Of a stretch of DNA of 59,179 nucleotides, positions 10,312 through 20,507 are shown piece by piece. This DNA is from Holosporaceae bacterium (GTDB lineage: Bacteria > Pseudomonadota > Alphaproteobacteria > UBA3830): the NCBI GenBank assembly GCA_031282425.1, contig JAITDT010000024.1, forward strand, positions 1 to 59,179, read 5' to 3'. The notes below the pieces were generated by a model. That model saw only the letters and a list, made by a program, of their open reading frames with translations, was not told the origin of the DNA and did not search any database. The position numbers were made by a program, and so were the translations under genes. How positions within the stretch are numbered: position 1 is the stretch's first letter; every line of letters starts with the position of its first letter.

Positions 10312-13031
10312 ATTTTGTCCTCGTTTAACGCAGTCGAAATCTTCCAGCACCTTTCGCACTTTTCACCTTCGGCAATGGAAACCATGACTCCAATATTTTT
10401 TAAATCATCATCCACAAATGCATCATGCGGTATCGGATCGTTTTTGATTTTCAACGATGATACGATAGCTATCTCCCCCCAAAAAGATTCATCCTGAATA
10501 GGAATAATCCCGTCTGGATCGAAAATGACAATATGCGCCTGTAAGCTGGAACCAATAATCTTGTTTTTGCGAGCTATTTCTAGAGCAGTTGTCACAGATT
10601 TTCTGATTTCTTTTACCTTGCCAATTTCTGCGCGCAATTTTTGATTGCGCCATCTGTTATCCGGCTCTAAAAAATTCTCCAGATGCACGCTAGATACGCC
10701 GTAAAAACTAAGCCAAGCTTCTTCTGCCGTAAAGACCATGATAGGCGCAAGCCAACGAATGACATATTGAAATAACGTATTCAATACGCTTCGGTATGCT
10801 CGGCGTTTAATATCATTTCTGTGATCGCAATAAAGACAATCCTTCCGAATATCGAAAAAAAACGCAGATAAATCCCCAGAGCAAAAAGTATATAACGTCG
10901 AAAAATACTTGTTAATATCATAGGACGCTATATGAACAGTCAATTCATCATGCACTTCAGTCAATCTATGCAGCGCCCATTTTTCCAGATTCGGAAGATC
11001 TTCATAGGAAATAGTTTCCGTGGCCGCATCATATTTAACCAGCGCTCCCAACATGTACTTTAAGGTGTTTCGTAATTTTCTATAAACGTCCTCCAGCTGT
11101 TTAAGAATATTCATTCCAAGTTTTAAATCTTGAGTAAAATCACTGCAGGAAACCCACATCCTAAAAATATCGGCTCCGAAATTCTTCACCACATCTTCTA
11201 GCGTGACGACATTCCCCAATGATTTGGACATCTTTCGTCCCTTCTCATCCACAATGAATCCATGCGTCATAACGGCCTTAAACGGCGAGTTCCCTTGGGC
11301 TCCGCAAGAATTCAGCAGCGAGTGCTGAAACCAGCCGCGATGCTGATCCGAGCCTTCGACATACATATCCGCCTGAAAATTAACGTCGTCTTTTCTTAGA
11401 ACGTAAGCATGTGTGGAGGCGCTCTCAAACCAAACGTCCAGCGTATCAAAAACCTGCTTGTAATCTTTGCTATTATACTTATCTCCAAGAAAAACCTGCG
11501 GATCTTTGAGGAACCAAGCATTTGCCCCCTCCCGTTCGATAACGTCGGCTACGCGGTGGATTACATCCATATCTCGCAGTGGCTCTCCGGTCTTTTTTTT
11601 GATAAACAGCGGTAGAGGAACACCCCAGACACGTTGTCGCGAAACACACCAGTCTCCGCGATTCTCCACAAATGATTTTATGCGATTGTATCCCTGCTTC
11701 GGAATCCATCTGGTTTTTTTAATTTCCGCCAGAGCCTTTTGGCGCAGGCCAGTGTTATCCATTCCAATGAACCATTGAGCGGTTGTCCTAAAAATCAGAG
11801 GCGCCTTTGATCTCCAAGAATGCGGGTAACTGTGTGTTATTGTAGTTTTAAATAGTAGAGAATCAGCATCATCCAATGCCTGTAACATTGTCCCATCAAT
11901 TTTGAAGATATGCTTTCCGGCAAACATTGGAACGTCATCGCAATAAATTCCCGCTTCATTTACGATTACTGGAACTTTGATTCCATATTTTTTGCAAACG
12001 TTGAAATCTTCGACTCCATGTCCTGGAGCCGTATGAACCAGGCCGGTGCCTGCGTTGGCTTCCACATGATCTCCGAAAATTAGTGGAACGTCAAAATCAT
12101 ATCCAGACCCGTGAAATGGATGATAACAAACCGTTCCCTTTAAAATCTCTCCCGAGAATTCTTGCAAAATCTCATGAGAAATACCGGTCGTTTGGGAAAA
12201 ATCTTCCACAAGATCCTTCGCCACAATAATTTTCTTTTCATTGGTCATTAAAAGGCAATAAATAATGCTATTTGAATAGCAGATGGCCCTATTTCCGGGA
12301 ATTGTCCATGGAGTAGTCGTCCAGATAGTACAGTAAGAATCCTTCAAAAAATCGACGGGAGAATATTTTATTCGAAATACCACATAGATACTCGACGATT
12401 TCTTATCTTTGTACTCAATCTCCGCGTCCGCGAGAGCTGTTTGCTCCATAATGGACCAAAAAACCGGCCTCTCCCCCCTATACAAAGTTCCGTCTGCGAT
12501 GAACTTCCCTATCTGGCGAACAACGCAAGCTTCGGATTCTTTGTTCATGGTGAGATAGGGATTTTCCCAATCACCATTAATTCCAAGCCGTTTAAATCCT
12601 TCCCGCTGTATATTTATCCAGTGCCATGCAAAATCTTTGCACATATCTCTAAATTCAACGATTGGAATATCTTCCTTTTTTTGCCCTTTTTCGCGAAGTT
12701 GTTCCTCTATTTTCCATTCTATTGGGAGGCCGTGGCAATCCCAACCGGGAACAAACGGAGTGTCAAATCCTTGCATACCCTTCAGGTGAATTATGATATC
12801 TTTAATGATCTTGTTCATGGCAGTTCCAGCGTGAGGAGCCCCGTTCGCAAACGGCGGACCATCGTGTAGAATGAATTTCTCACAGCCTTTTCGCCGATCT
12901 CTGGATTTGCCGTACAACTCAATCTTATTCCAGTATTCCATAATTTCAGGTTCTTTCTGGGAAAGATTTCCACGCATCGGAAAATCGGTTTCTGGAAGAA
13001 ATATCGTATCTTTAAAATTCATAATTACCAA
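10275..13031 (-). CDS. ileS: isoleucyl-tRNA synthetase
   Basis: HIGH-type motif (PFANGAPHAGTA), KMSKSLGN, and a C-terminal Cys cluster (CERCWKI...CERC); 918 aa. Confidence 0.97.
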   Translation of the reverse strand: MVIMNFKDTIFLPETDFPMRGNLSQKEPEIMEYWNKIELYGKSRDRRKGCEKFILHDGPPFANGAPHAGTAMNKIIKDIIIHLKGMQGFDTPFVPGWDCHGLPIEWKIEEQLREKGQKKEDIPIVEFRDMCKDFAWHWINIQREGFKRLGINGDWENPYLTMNKESEACVVRQIGKFIADGTLYRGERPVFWSIMEQTALADAEIEYKDKKSSSIYVVFRIKYSPVDFLKDSYCTIWTTTPWTIPGNRAICYSNSIIYCLLMTNEKKIIVAKDLVEDFSQTTGISHEILQEFSGEILKGTVCYHPFHGSGYDFDVPLIFGDHVEANAGTGLVHTAPGHGVEDFNVCKKYGIKVPVIVNEAGIYCDDVPMFAGKHIFKIDGTMLQALDDADSLLFKTTITHSYPHSWRSKAPLIFRTTAQWFIGMDNTGLRQKALAEIKKTRWIPKQGYNRIKSFVENRGDWCVSRQRVWGVPLPLFIKKKTGEPLRDMDVIHRVADVIEREGANAWFLKDPQVFLGDKYNSKDYKQVFDTLDVWFESASTHAYVLRKDDVNFQADMYVEGSDQHRGWFQHSLLNSCGAQGNSPFKAVMTHGFIVDEKGRKMSKSLGNVVTLEDVVKNFGADIFRMWVSCSDFTQDLKLGMNILKQLEDVYRKLRNTLKYMLGALVKYDAATETISYEDLPNLEKWALHRLTEVHDELTVHIASYDINKYFSTLYTFCSGDLSAFFFDIRKDCLYCDHRNDIKRRAYRSVLNTLFQYVIRWLAPIMVFTAEEAWLSFYGVSSVHLENFLEPDNRWRNQKLRAEIGKVKEIRKSVTTALEIARKNKIIGSSLQAHIVIFDPDGIIPIQDESFWGEIAIVSSLKIKNDPIPHDAFVDDDLKNIGVMVSIAEGEKCERCWKISTALNEDKICERCRLVLAQA

Positions 13032-13235
13032 TTACACCACACTCCATTAAAGGATAAGAACCCTTCCAGCAAAAGTCAACGAAATTCAGTGGATAGATTG
13101 CCCGACAAACAATTCTAAACCGAATTTTTAGGTGATAGTGGTTGATTTTTCCCCATTAGCATTAGACTATGGATAATCAGCTGTATTTTAGATGGGATTT
13201 TGCGAAATTTTTAACCGTACGATGTTGGACCTGAG

Positions 13236-14468
13236 ATGAAAAAAGCTTCAACAAATGAAAAGCAGTTGAAACAACGCATAAGGTTTTCCTCCCTACCCAG
13301 TATTGCTTTTGTTTTGTCGCTGTGGGTCGATCTTGAAGGAAGCCTATGGGGGCAGGGAAAAACGCTGCCACTGCAAAACATTCAATCCATGGACGAGGTA
13401 AAACCTGCATTTGAGCAGCGCAATGTCGTCATTGTCTTTGGCTGCGACGATAACTATGCCCTTTATCTGGGAGTATGTTTACTATCGTTAATAAGCAATT
13501 CCAGTGAAGATCGCAACTACGATGTCTGGATTTTAGATGGAGGGATATCAGAAGATAAAAGAAAGAATCTCTTTTCTTTGATCCAAAATCGAAAGAATTT
13601 TTCCCTACGCTTTTTTGATATCAGTCGTCTTGTAAGCGATAATAAAGAAAAATTACGCATATATTCTCGCCATGTCTCCTTAACAATTGCTACCTATTTC
13701 CGTTTGTTTATTCCTCAAATATTTTCCGCCTATGACCGGGTCATATATCTTGATTGCGACATGATTATTAACGCCGATGTAGGAAAACTCTTTTCCGTCG
13801 ATTTGGAGGGCAAGACTATCGGTGCTGTAGGCTGTGCAGCGCAGTGCTCGCAGTCTTTCCAGCAGAATGCGAAATCCATAAGAGGAGACAAGTGGCAGAG
13901 CTATTTCTATCCAGGAGTAATGGTGTTTGATATAAAAAAGGCCATAGATAAAAATATCACGGGCCGAAGTCTAAAATTTTTAGCGACTATACAAAATAGC
14001 AAAGAGAGATTTTTCGAAGACCAGGATGCGCTAAATTCCGCTTGCATCGACGTAAAATTACTAGATAAAAGGTGGCTTCTTCTTGTTGGAAGAGCAAAGT
14101 GCTCTTCCAAGCGACTTGAGGATAACTACATCGTCCACTATTGCAGAAAGCCATGGCGCGAACACACTCATCTGGATGATGTTTGGTGGAGTTATGCGGC
14201 CAAAACGTCCTTCTACCTGGATATTCTCGCACATAATTGGAAGTTAATTATTAAGAAGATGGCGATCATTCAAATTTCATACTTTCTTGTATCGTTCGAA
14301 TACCGGTGGTTTCATAAGTTTTTGCCGGAATATGAGAGGGAACTTTCAATAACATCCAAGAAAAAGATTCTTCTGGACCTCCGAAAGATGGCAGCCTATG
14401 GGCACCTTAAGAATTTCTGCTTTAATTATCTCCGAAAATACATGAAATGGTTTAAATTCGGCAAATAA
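13236..14468 (+). CDS. family-8 glycosyltransferase (LPS glycosyltransferase-like)
   Basis: VVIVFGCDDNYA, YFRLFIPQIF and a DxD motif in VIYLDCDMII. The start could instead be the internal Met at codon 53. Confidence 0.8.
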   Translation: MKKASTNEKQLKQRIRFSSLPSIAFVLSLWVDLEGSLWGQGKTLPLQNIQSMDEVKPAFEQRNVVIVFGCDDNYALYLGVCLLSLISNSSEDRNYDVWILDGGISEDKRKNLFSLIQNRKNFSLRFFDISRLVSDNKEKLRIYSRHVSLTIATYFRLFIPQIFSAYDRVIYLDCDMIINADVGKLFSVDLEGKTIGAVGCAAQCSQSFQQNAKSIRGDKWQSYFYPGVMVFDIKKAIDKNITGRSLKFLATIQNSKERFFEDQDALNSACIDVKLLDKRWLLLVGRAKCSSKRLEDNYIVHYCRKPWREHTHLDDVWWSYAAKTSFYLDILAHNWKLIIKKMAIIQISYFLVSFEYRWFHKFLPEYERELSITSKKKILLDLRKMAAYGHLKNFCFNYLRKYMKWFKFGK

Positions 14469-14470
14469 AA

Positions 14471-14503
14471 AAGCCGAAATACAAGACTAGTCGGCTTCTT
14501 TTT
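14471..14503 (+). terminator. rho-independent terminator candidate
   Basis: AAGCCGA (14471-14477) pairs with TCGGCTT (14491-14497) and is followed by CTTTTT, directly after the GT8 stop. The 13-nt loop is rather large. Confidence 0.55.
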
Positions 14504-14756
14504 CAGTCAAACAGGCGTTTCCACATTCAATTCATCGCAAAAGTTTCAGAGAATATCCTTATTGAGTCTAACTGTAGTATCCAGTGGAATCTCTATAACT
14601 CATAGACAAGTAAGGCACTAGTTTGACTAGTGAGAGGTTAAAGGCTTGGCGTAGAGAGGTTCAGTTATAGTGAAAACTCCTTTCGGGCTTGTCGGTCTGA
14701 AAAGGGTTTTACGCATGAATAATGTTACAACAATCGCTTAGTCATTCGAAATTGGA

Positions 14757-15129
14757 TTGCAAGACATAGTTTTTGTACCGAAATACAGAAAGAAGAAGTT
14801 GCACAAGGCAATTCTGAAGTTTTTAGGACCTGTGTTTCACGAGCTTGCTTCGCAAAGAGGAGCAACCGTTAGGGAACATGGTTCACATGTCCGCTAATAT
14901 CAATTCCTCCGAAATATTCTGTTGCTGAAGTGATAGGATCAAAGGGAAAAGCGCCATAGCTGTTGTCCGGCAATTTGGAAACAAAAAGAAAGATTTTAAT
15001 GGATAGCCGCTGTAGACTAGAGGTTACGCTGTTTCTACAATAGGATTTGAAGAGCAAATAATCCGGAAATACATTGAAAATCAAGAACGTTTAGACGGAC
15101 TTGGTTCAAATGAAATTGGTGAACTTTAG
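14757..15129 (+). pseudogene. IS200/IS605-family tnpA (Y1 transposase) relic with frameshifts and stops
   Basis: Reads LQDIVFVPKYRKKKLHKAILKFLGPVFHELASQRG, then after frameshifts HVHM..., GKSAIAV.RQFG, TRGYAVSTIGFEEQIIRKYIENQE. This is the IS200 TnpA pattern broken by several stops. Hairpins CACTAGT/ACTAGTG and CAGTCT/AGACTG flank it. Confidence 0.8.
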
Positions 15130-15253
15130 GTTGTGAATATTGACAGTCTTTGAGACTGCTCACATCCTCCAGGCTCTAGCCGGGACGCTATGACTAAAAA
15201 ACCACACAGTTGTATTAAAATGAGGAATGTTTGCAAAGATATGAAAAGAATTC

Positions 15254-15282
15254 TTGAAGAGGTAACTATTAGTTAATATAAT
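15254..15282 (+). promoter_or_regulatory. sigma70-type promoter candidate for pal
   Basis: TTGAAG (15254-15259), an exact 17-nt spacer, then TATAAT (15277-15282), about 40 nt upstream of the pal start. Confidence 0.6.
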
Positions 15283-15321
15283 CATGCTATAGTTGTTCAT
15301 GGTAGGTTAGGAGAGTGTGAA

Positions 15322-15795
15322 GTGAATAAAATTAGGAATTCTATTTTAGTGGCGGGGTTGGCTTTTTTGGTCGGCTGCGAATGCGAGAAAGCCAAAGAGA
15401 AGGATATTGAAATTGTAGATGATGGCGCTCTACGGGGGACGGCTGCGGATTTTATCGCTAATGCTGGCGATCGCGTTTTTTATGCGTTTGATAAATCGAA
15501 TCTATCACCGGAAGCAGAGGCTACGTTGCAGCGGCAAGTGGAGTGGCTGAAGCAACATGAGGCTCGAAAGTTGCTTATTGAGGGACATTGTGATGAGCGA
15601 GGGACGCGGGAATATAACCTGGGGTTAGGTGAACGTCGCGCAGATGCTGCCGCTCGATTCTTGGTGGACCATGGTATAAGTGGAGATCGCATACGCACAG
15701 TTTCCTATGGCAAAGATCGTCCAATCGCTGCTCAAGGTTCTCCGGAGGAGATTCATAGGATGAATCGTGTGTCGATTGCCGTCATCGAAGAGTAG
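15322..15795 (+). CDS. pal: peptidoglycan-associated lipoprotein Pal (OmpA family)
   Basis: Lipobox LVGC. FAFDKSNLSPEA...LIEGHCDERGTREYNLGLGERRA...VSYGKDRP is the Pal/OmpA-C signature. GTG start preceded by AGGAGAG. Confidence 0.9.
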   Translation: MNKIRNSILVAGLAFLVGCECEKAKEKDIEIVDDGALRGTAADFIANAGDRVFYAFDKSNLSPEAEATLQRQVEWLKQHEARKLLIEGHCDERGTREYNLGLGERRADAAARFLVDHGISGDRIRTVSYGKDRPIAAQGSPEEIHRMNRVSIAVIEE

Positions 15796-16017
15796 ATTTG
15801 CTTTCATGCCTTTTTCTTCTCTGCTAGATGGAGGCATGATTCGTGGGAAAGAGTTACAGCAAGCCGTATTGTCATGTGGTTTTATGAAGGGTGTTGTGTG
15901 TCTGCAGGTAGTTATGTGTTAAGAAGGGTTTTTCGAGGTGTTTTATTTTTCATTTGTCTGTGACGAACCCATCGCTTTGTGAATTGCTTCAGCGTGATAG
16001 GAGTTATAAGACGAGGG

Positions 16018-16182
16018 ATGAATGTTAAAGAACGAAAAGGCGCCCGCACGACATTGGATTTGCAATATCGTTTTGTATGGAAACAAAGTATTCCTATAAA
16101 GGTACTGTGCGGAGATGTTGCTCTGCGGTTGAGAGATCAGATAAGGGAACTGCCTTTAATCGTTGTTTCACAAAACTCTTAA
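16018..16182 (+). pseudogene. IS200/IS605-family tnpA N-terminal fragment
   Basis: LDLQYRFVWKQSIPIKVLCGDVALRLRDQIREL resembles the L-x-YH-x-VW-x-x-KYR-x-x-VL N-terminus of IS200 TnpA. It is truncated after about 54 codons. Confidence 0.5.
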
Positions 16183-16371
16183 GCGTCTCAATACCATATT
16201 AAATTAAAAATAATTTAATCTATAAAATATTATATCTCCAATACTATGAAAAAATTTATACCATTTTTCCTAAACACTGTTGCTTGGAGACAACAGAGGA
16301 GGAATACACAAATACCTATAGAATTTTGATTAATTTTTTTATAGAATTTTAAATTAGTTTTTGGCATTCTA

Positions 16372-18006
16372 ATGGAGAATTGCTTGATACATAATGGATT
16401 AATCATGTCATTGTTTTTAGCTGGATGTATTTCACAAGAGGAGGCAAGAACTCCGCAGCAAAAAAATCTCAATTCCAAAGCTTTCGACGTCATGTCGTCT
16501 CCTCTGGAAGATTTTATTTCAGATTTGGATATAGACGAGTTTCTGGAAGATGAAATAGATAAAGAATCGCAGATAAATGAAAACTTTTATAAACCAATTT
16601 CAATTTCCGTCGCCGAAAATATGAAAATGCGGGAAGTTTTAACGCAAATGGCAGATTTGGCCGGAGTAAATATTTTTATCGTTCAGGAAGTGGAAGGAAG
16701 TATCTCTTTTTCGGCAAAAAATCGTCCATTTTTAGATATTTTGAAGGATATCTGCGCAGGCGCGGGTTTGAAGTATTCTATTAACGGAAACTCCGTAAAA
16801 ATCGAAATAGATACGCCCATGCTGAGAGTTTACAACGTACAATTCTTGAATATACAGAGAGACTCTGTAAGCGCCGTATCCGTTTCGACGGATATTTTTT
16901 CCAATCAATCTCTAGGAATTAAAGGAGACGTATCGACATCGTCTGGGCAGGCGAATGGGTCTAGCAGCACGGTTTCCGGAGTGACGAAAAATAATTTTTG
17001 GACCGAGTTGGAAGCTTCTTTGAAGACTATCATAGGCGAAGAAACCGATGGATCCTATCTTTCAATTCATCGTCAGGGAGGACTTGTGACAATTTACACG
17101 ACGCAAACCAAACACAACGAAGTGCAGAAATATTTGCGTCTACTGAAAGACACTACGGAATCGCAGGTACTAATCGAAGCAAAAATTCTGGAAGTTAATC
17201 TGAAGGACGAATACCGAAGCGGCGTTAATTGGAATATCGTTCGCAGCGGCGGCGCTAGGCTGGAGAAGAAATTTTCCAATGCCGAGGGTTTATTTTCTTT
17301 TGGAGTAGACAGAGCCAACTTAAGCGCTGTCGCCGGATTAATTGAAAGATTTGGCGCTGTGAAAACCCTATCCAGTCCTAGAATTACGGTTCTGAATAAT
17401 CAATCGGCTATATTGAAAGTTGCCCAAAACGAAGTTATCTACGTTCCTGAATTGCAGCGGCAATATGCGACAGTTTCGGATAATCGAAGTACGGATTTTC
17501 TTTCCACGACAATTCATACAATTCCAATTGGGCTAATAATATCGGTTTTACCGTCGGTGGATAAAAAAAACAATACGATTTTGCTCAATTTACGTCCGAC
17601 AATTTCTCGGATTGCCAGTTACAAGGAGGTCCCTTTTTTCTACCAAACCACGACTGCGAACGGTACTGCAACCAATGCGTTAGGCCAAAGCGCTCAATAT
17701 CACAGAATACCAATTGTCGATGTCCGAGAACTGGATTCCGTATTAAAACTAAATTCTGGACAGATAGTGGTTATGGGAGGACTAATGCAGGAATCATCCC
17801 TAAACAGTCGAGACGGATTGCCGGGTTTCAGCGCTGTCGACTTTTTGGCGGGAAGTAATGATAAATCGACGCATATCACGGAGCTGGTAATATTTTTAAA
17901 AGCTACAATTTTACGAAAAAAAAGTACAGCACATCATGCAGCGGACAAAAGAATGTATGATGCCTTCGCCAATGACCCAAGACCATTGAAGTTCAAAAAA
18001 TTATGA
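16372..18006 (+). CDS. secretin (type II secretion/type IV pilus family, MshL/PilQ-like), lipobox-containing
   Basis: ESQVLIEAKILEVNL, LSSPRITVLNNQSAILKV and IPIVDVRELDSVLKLNSGQIVVMGGL are secretin C-domain motifs. The N-terminus carries LAGC. Confidence 0.85.
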   Translation: MENCLIHNGLIMSLFLAGCISQEEARTPQQKNLNSKAFDVMSSPLEDFISDLDIDEFLEDEIDKESQINENFYKPISISVAENMKMREVLTQMADLAGVNIFIVQEVEGSISFSAKNRPFLDILKDICAGAGLKYSINGNSVKIEIDTPMLRVYNVQFLNIQRDSVSAVSVSTDIFSNQSLGIKGDVSTSSGQANGSSSTVSGVTKNNFWTELEASLKTIIGEETDGSYLSIHRQGGLVTIYTTQTKHNEVQKYLRLLKDTTESQVLIEAKILEVNLKDEYRSGVNWNIVRSGGARLEKKFSNAEGLFSFGVDRANLSAVAGLIERFGAVKTLSSPRITVLNNQSAILKVAQNEVIYVPELQRQYATVSDNRSTDFLSTTIHTIPIGLIISVLPSVDKKNNTILLNLRPTISRIASYKEVPFFYQTTTANGTATNALGQSAQYHRIPIVDVRELDSVLKLNSGQIVVMGGLMQESSLNSRDGLPGFSAVDFLAGSNDKSTHITELVIFLKATILRKKSTAHHAADKRMYDAFANDPRPLKFKKL

Positions 18007-18638
18007 AATTCTCCAATACAGACAAGGGATTTTCTCTGATAGAAGTGGCCATCGCTGTTGTGGTCATTAGCATAATCGCCAGCTTCGCACTGAAGGGAAG
18101 GGAACTGATCAATTCTACTAAACTGAAATCCGTCGCTCATCAGGTAAACGCTTTTAAGGTAGCGATTCAAGGTTTTGTTGATAAGTATGGAGCACTGCCG
18201 GGAGATTTTAGCGTAGCTCGAGAAATGATCAATAACTCTTTGCAAAATGGTTCTGGCAATGGCGTTATTGCGTCTGAGGAGGATGCAAAACGATTTTGGC
18301 AACATTTAGTGGCGGCGGACTCTTTAAATTTAGAACTTGTTAATGGATATCCACTAAGTAAAGTCGGCGGACATTATACAGTTTCTTCCAATATTCCAGA
18401 CCGATCTGGAACATGGATCATACTATGTAGCGGAGCGACCAACAATGAAAATTTTACGGGAATTTTAACGCCGGAGGAAGCTTATTTAATCGATAAAGAC
18501 AATGATAATGGCAATCCGTTAACGGGCGAAATTCAAGCTATAAAATCTTCAACGGCGAAGGAGGAATGTTTTATTGATTCCAGATATAATTTTAAAAATA
18601 AGAATAAAGATTGCGTACTTTTATTCAAAATTTGGTGA
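18003..18638 (+). CDS. prepilin-type N-terminal cleavage/methylation domain protein (pilin or pseudopilin)
   Basis: MKFSNTDKG|FSLIEVAIAVVVISIIA gives G-F-x-L-I-E with Glu at +5, followed by a hydrophobic helix. Confidence 0.85.
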   Translation: MKFSNTDKGFSLIEVAIAVVVISIIASFALKGRELINSTKLKSVAHQVNAFKVAIQGFVDKYGALPGDFSVAREMINNSLQNGSGNGVIASEEDAKRFWQHLVAADSLNLELVNGYPLSKVGGHYTVSSNIPDRSGTWIILCSGATNNENFTGILTPEEAYLIDKDNDNGNPLTGEIQAIKSSTAKEECFIDSRYNFKNKNKDCVLLFKIW

Positions 18639-19275
18639 GCGTGGATCGATTCTATTGGAAGTCGCCATCGCCATAGCTGTTTTGGGAGTAATCAGCGGGT
18701 TTTTTCTCACAAAAACAACCGTTCTCAATAAATCTATGCGACAACAAATCACTAAAAACAACATTGCTACCGTTTCTTTGGCGCTAGCGTCTTTTGTAGC
18801 AAATAACAACAGGCTACCACGCCCCTCATTGAATAACGACGGCATTGAATGTCAGGAATCCGAATCTTCTCTGGCAAATGCCATTGGACGAGTTCCGTTT
18901 TACACCATAGGAGTCACGGCGAAAACAGCGCTGGACGGCAGTGGAAAGCCATTGATTTACATAGTAGAGCCCACTCTTACCGGGAATTTCCCAAGTATCT
19001 ATGGTAATAGCATGAGCAGCTGTTTTTGCGATGGAAATTCCGCTTGCAATATTCTCATTGATAAAGTGGCACCATTAAAGTGGAATCCTATTGCGTTTGT
19101 TCTCGATACGGCAATGCCAACGATATCTGACGCGATTCATGTTACCATTTCTGCAGATACCCATTTGGTTTCGCGGGATATGCTCTTAATGTTATATTTA
19201 AAAAGCCAACCGTGTAGGGGAGGGGCAAACACTCCCCCAGAAATAAAACCTTCCGATCCACTCGATAGTATTTGA
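18574..19275 (+). CDS. second prepilin-like protein (divergent)
   Basis: ...FGERG|SILLEVAIAIAVLGVISGFF has Gly then Glu at +5 and a hydrophobic helix. The long leader and the 65-nt overlap with the upstream gene make the start uncertain. Confidence 0.55.
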   Translation: MIPDIILKIRIKIAYFYSKFGERGSILLEVAIAIAVLGVISGFFLTKTTVLNKSMRQQITKNNIATVSLALASFVANNNRLPRPSLNNDGIECQESESSLANAIGRVPFYTIGVTAKTALDGSGKPLIYIVEPTLTGNFPSIYGNSMSSCFCDGNSACNILIDKVAPLKWNPIAFVLDTAMPTISDAIHVTISADTHLVSRDMLLMLYLKSQPCRGGANTPPEIKPSDPLDSI

Positions 19276-19311
19276 AAAAAGTTTTAAGAGCTTTATTAAA
19301 CCACGACGCAA

Positions 19312-20457
19312 TTACAACTCCTGCCAAAATTCCTTAACTTTTGCAAAAAAACCTTCGGATTTTGGACTACTTTTGCTGCCCTTATCGAACTCCCGTAGTA
19401 ATTCTTTCTGACGATCCGTTAAATTTACCGGCGTTTCCACTATCGCATGCACCATCATATCACCCCGCATGGAGCTGCGAATGACGGACATTCCCTTGCC
19501 GCGCAGCTTCAACACTTGACCCGATTGAGTACCGGCAGGAATTTTAATAGCGGCTTTTTTCCCATCGATAGTAGGAACATCGACCTCTCCGCCCAGCGCT
19601 GCCACTACAAATGATATGGGAACATCACAGTGAATGGAACTGCCTTCACGTATAAATAGCTTGTGCGGCTTGACGGACACAAAAATATATAGATCCCCGG
19701 ATTTGCCGCCACGAATTCCAGCTTCGCCTTCACCAGCGAGTCGGATTTTAGCGCCATCTTCAATGCCGGCGGGAATAGATACGCTTATGTTTCTAGGTTT
19801 GCTAACCCTTCCGGCTCCATTGCATGTTTTGCATGAATTTTCGATAATATGCCCGGTGCCATTGCAGGCTGTACAGGTTTTTTCCACCATAAAAAAACCT
19901 TGGGAAAACCTCATCTTTCCGGTACCTCGGCAGGACGGACAGGTTCGTGGAATTGCTCCCCCCTCTGAGCCAGTGCCATTGCAGGCCTCACATTTCACGT
20001 TTGTTCGCAGTTTTAATTCGATTTCTTTACCGCGAAACGCTTCCTCCAATCCAATGGACGTGTCATAGCGCAGATCATTTCCACGCATTTCCGCTCGTCC
20101 ACTGCTTGCGCCATCGTTCATTCCTCCAAAAATTCCTTCAAATATATCAGAAAATGACGATCCGCCTCCGAAATCAAAATGAAATTCTTGCGATGAGAAT
20201 CCGCCCTGATTGTAATTACCGCCACCACCGGCGGCGGCATTCTTATAGGCTTCATGACCAAAACGATCGTAGGCAGCCTTCTTCTGCAAATCCTTTAAAG
20301 TTTCGTAGGCTTCATTAACATATTTGAACTTCGATTCGGCTTCCTTATCTCCTTTATTTCTGTCGGGATGATATTTCATCGCCATTTTTCTATAGGCTTT
20401 CTTTATTTCATCATCGCTGGCGGATTTAGAGATGCCCAACGCTTCGTAATAATCCAT
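19312..20457 (-). CDS. dnaJ: chaperone DnaJ
   Basis: J-domain with KYHPDRN, a Gly-rich region, and four CxxCxGxG zinc-finger repeats. Confidence 0.97.
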   Translation of the reverse strand: MDYYEALGISKSASDDEIKKAYRKMAMKYHPDRNKGDKEAESKFKYVNEAYETLKDLQKKAAYDRFGHEAYKNAAAGGGGNYNQGGFSSQEFHFDFGGGSSFSDIFEGIFGGMNDGASSGRAEMRGNDLRYDTSIGLEEAFRGKEIELKLRTNVKCEACNGTGSEGGAIPRTCPSCRGTGKMRFSQGFFMVEKTCTACNGTGHIIENSCKTCNGAGRVSKPRNISVSIPAGIEDGAKIRLAGEGEAGIRGGKSGDLYIFVSVKPHKLFIREGSSIHCDVPISFVVAALGGEVDVPTIDGKKAAIKIPAGTQSGQVLKLRGKGMSVIRSSMRGDMMVHAIVETPVNLTDRQKELLREFDKGSKSSPKSEGFFAKVKEFWQEL

Positions 20458-20481
20458 GATTAATCCCTATATTTCAAAGAA

Positions 20482-20500
20482 CTGGCGCGCCATGCGCCAG
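20482..20500 (-). promoter_or_regulatory. intercistronic hairpin between dnaK and dnaJ
   Basis: CTGGCGC-GCCAT-GCGCCAG forms a perfect 7-bp GC-rich stem in the 50-nt dnaK-dnaJ spacer. On the minus strand it is followed by TTCTTT. Confidence 0.5.
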
Positions 20501-20507
20501 AATTGAA

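Noticed and set aside
15095-15129. A tRNA T-arm-like string (GGTTCAAAT).
   Set aside because: It lies inside the IS200 tnpA relic reading frame (..GLGSNEIGEL*). No acceptor or anticodon stems can be drawn around it, and no convincing tRNA was seen in any intergenic region.
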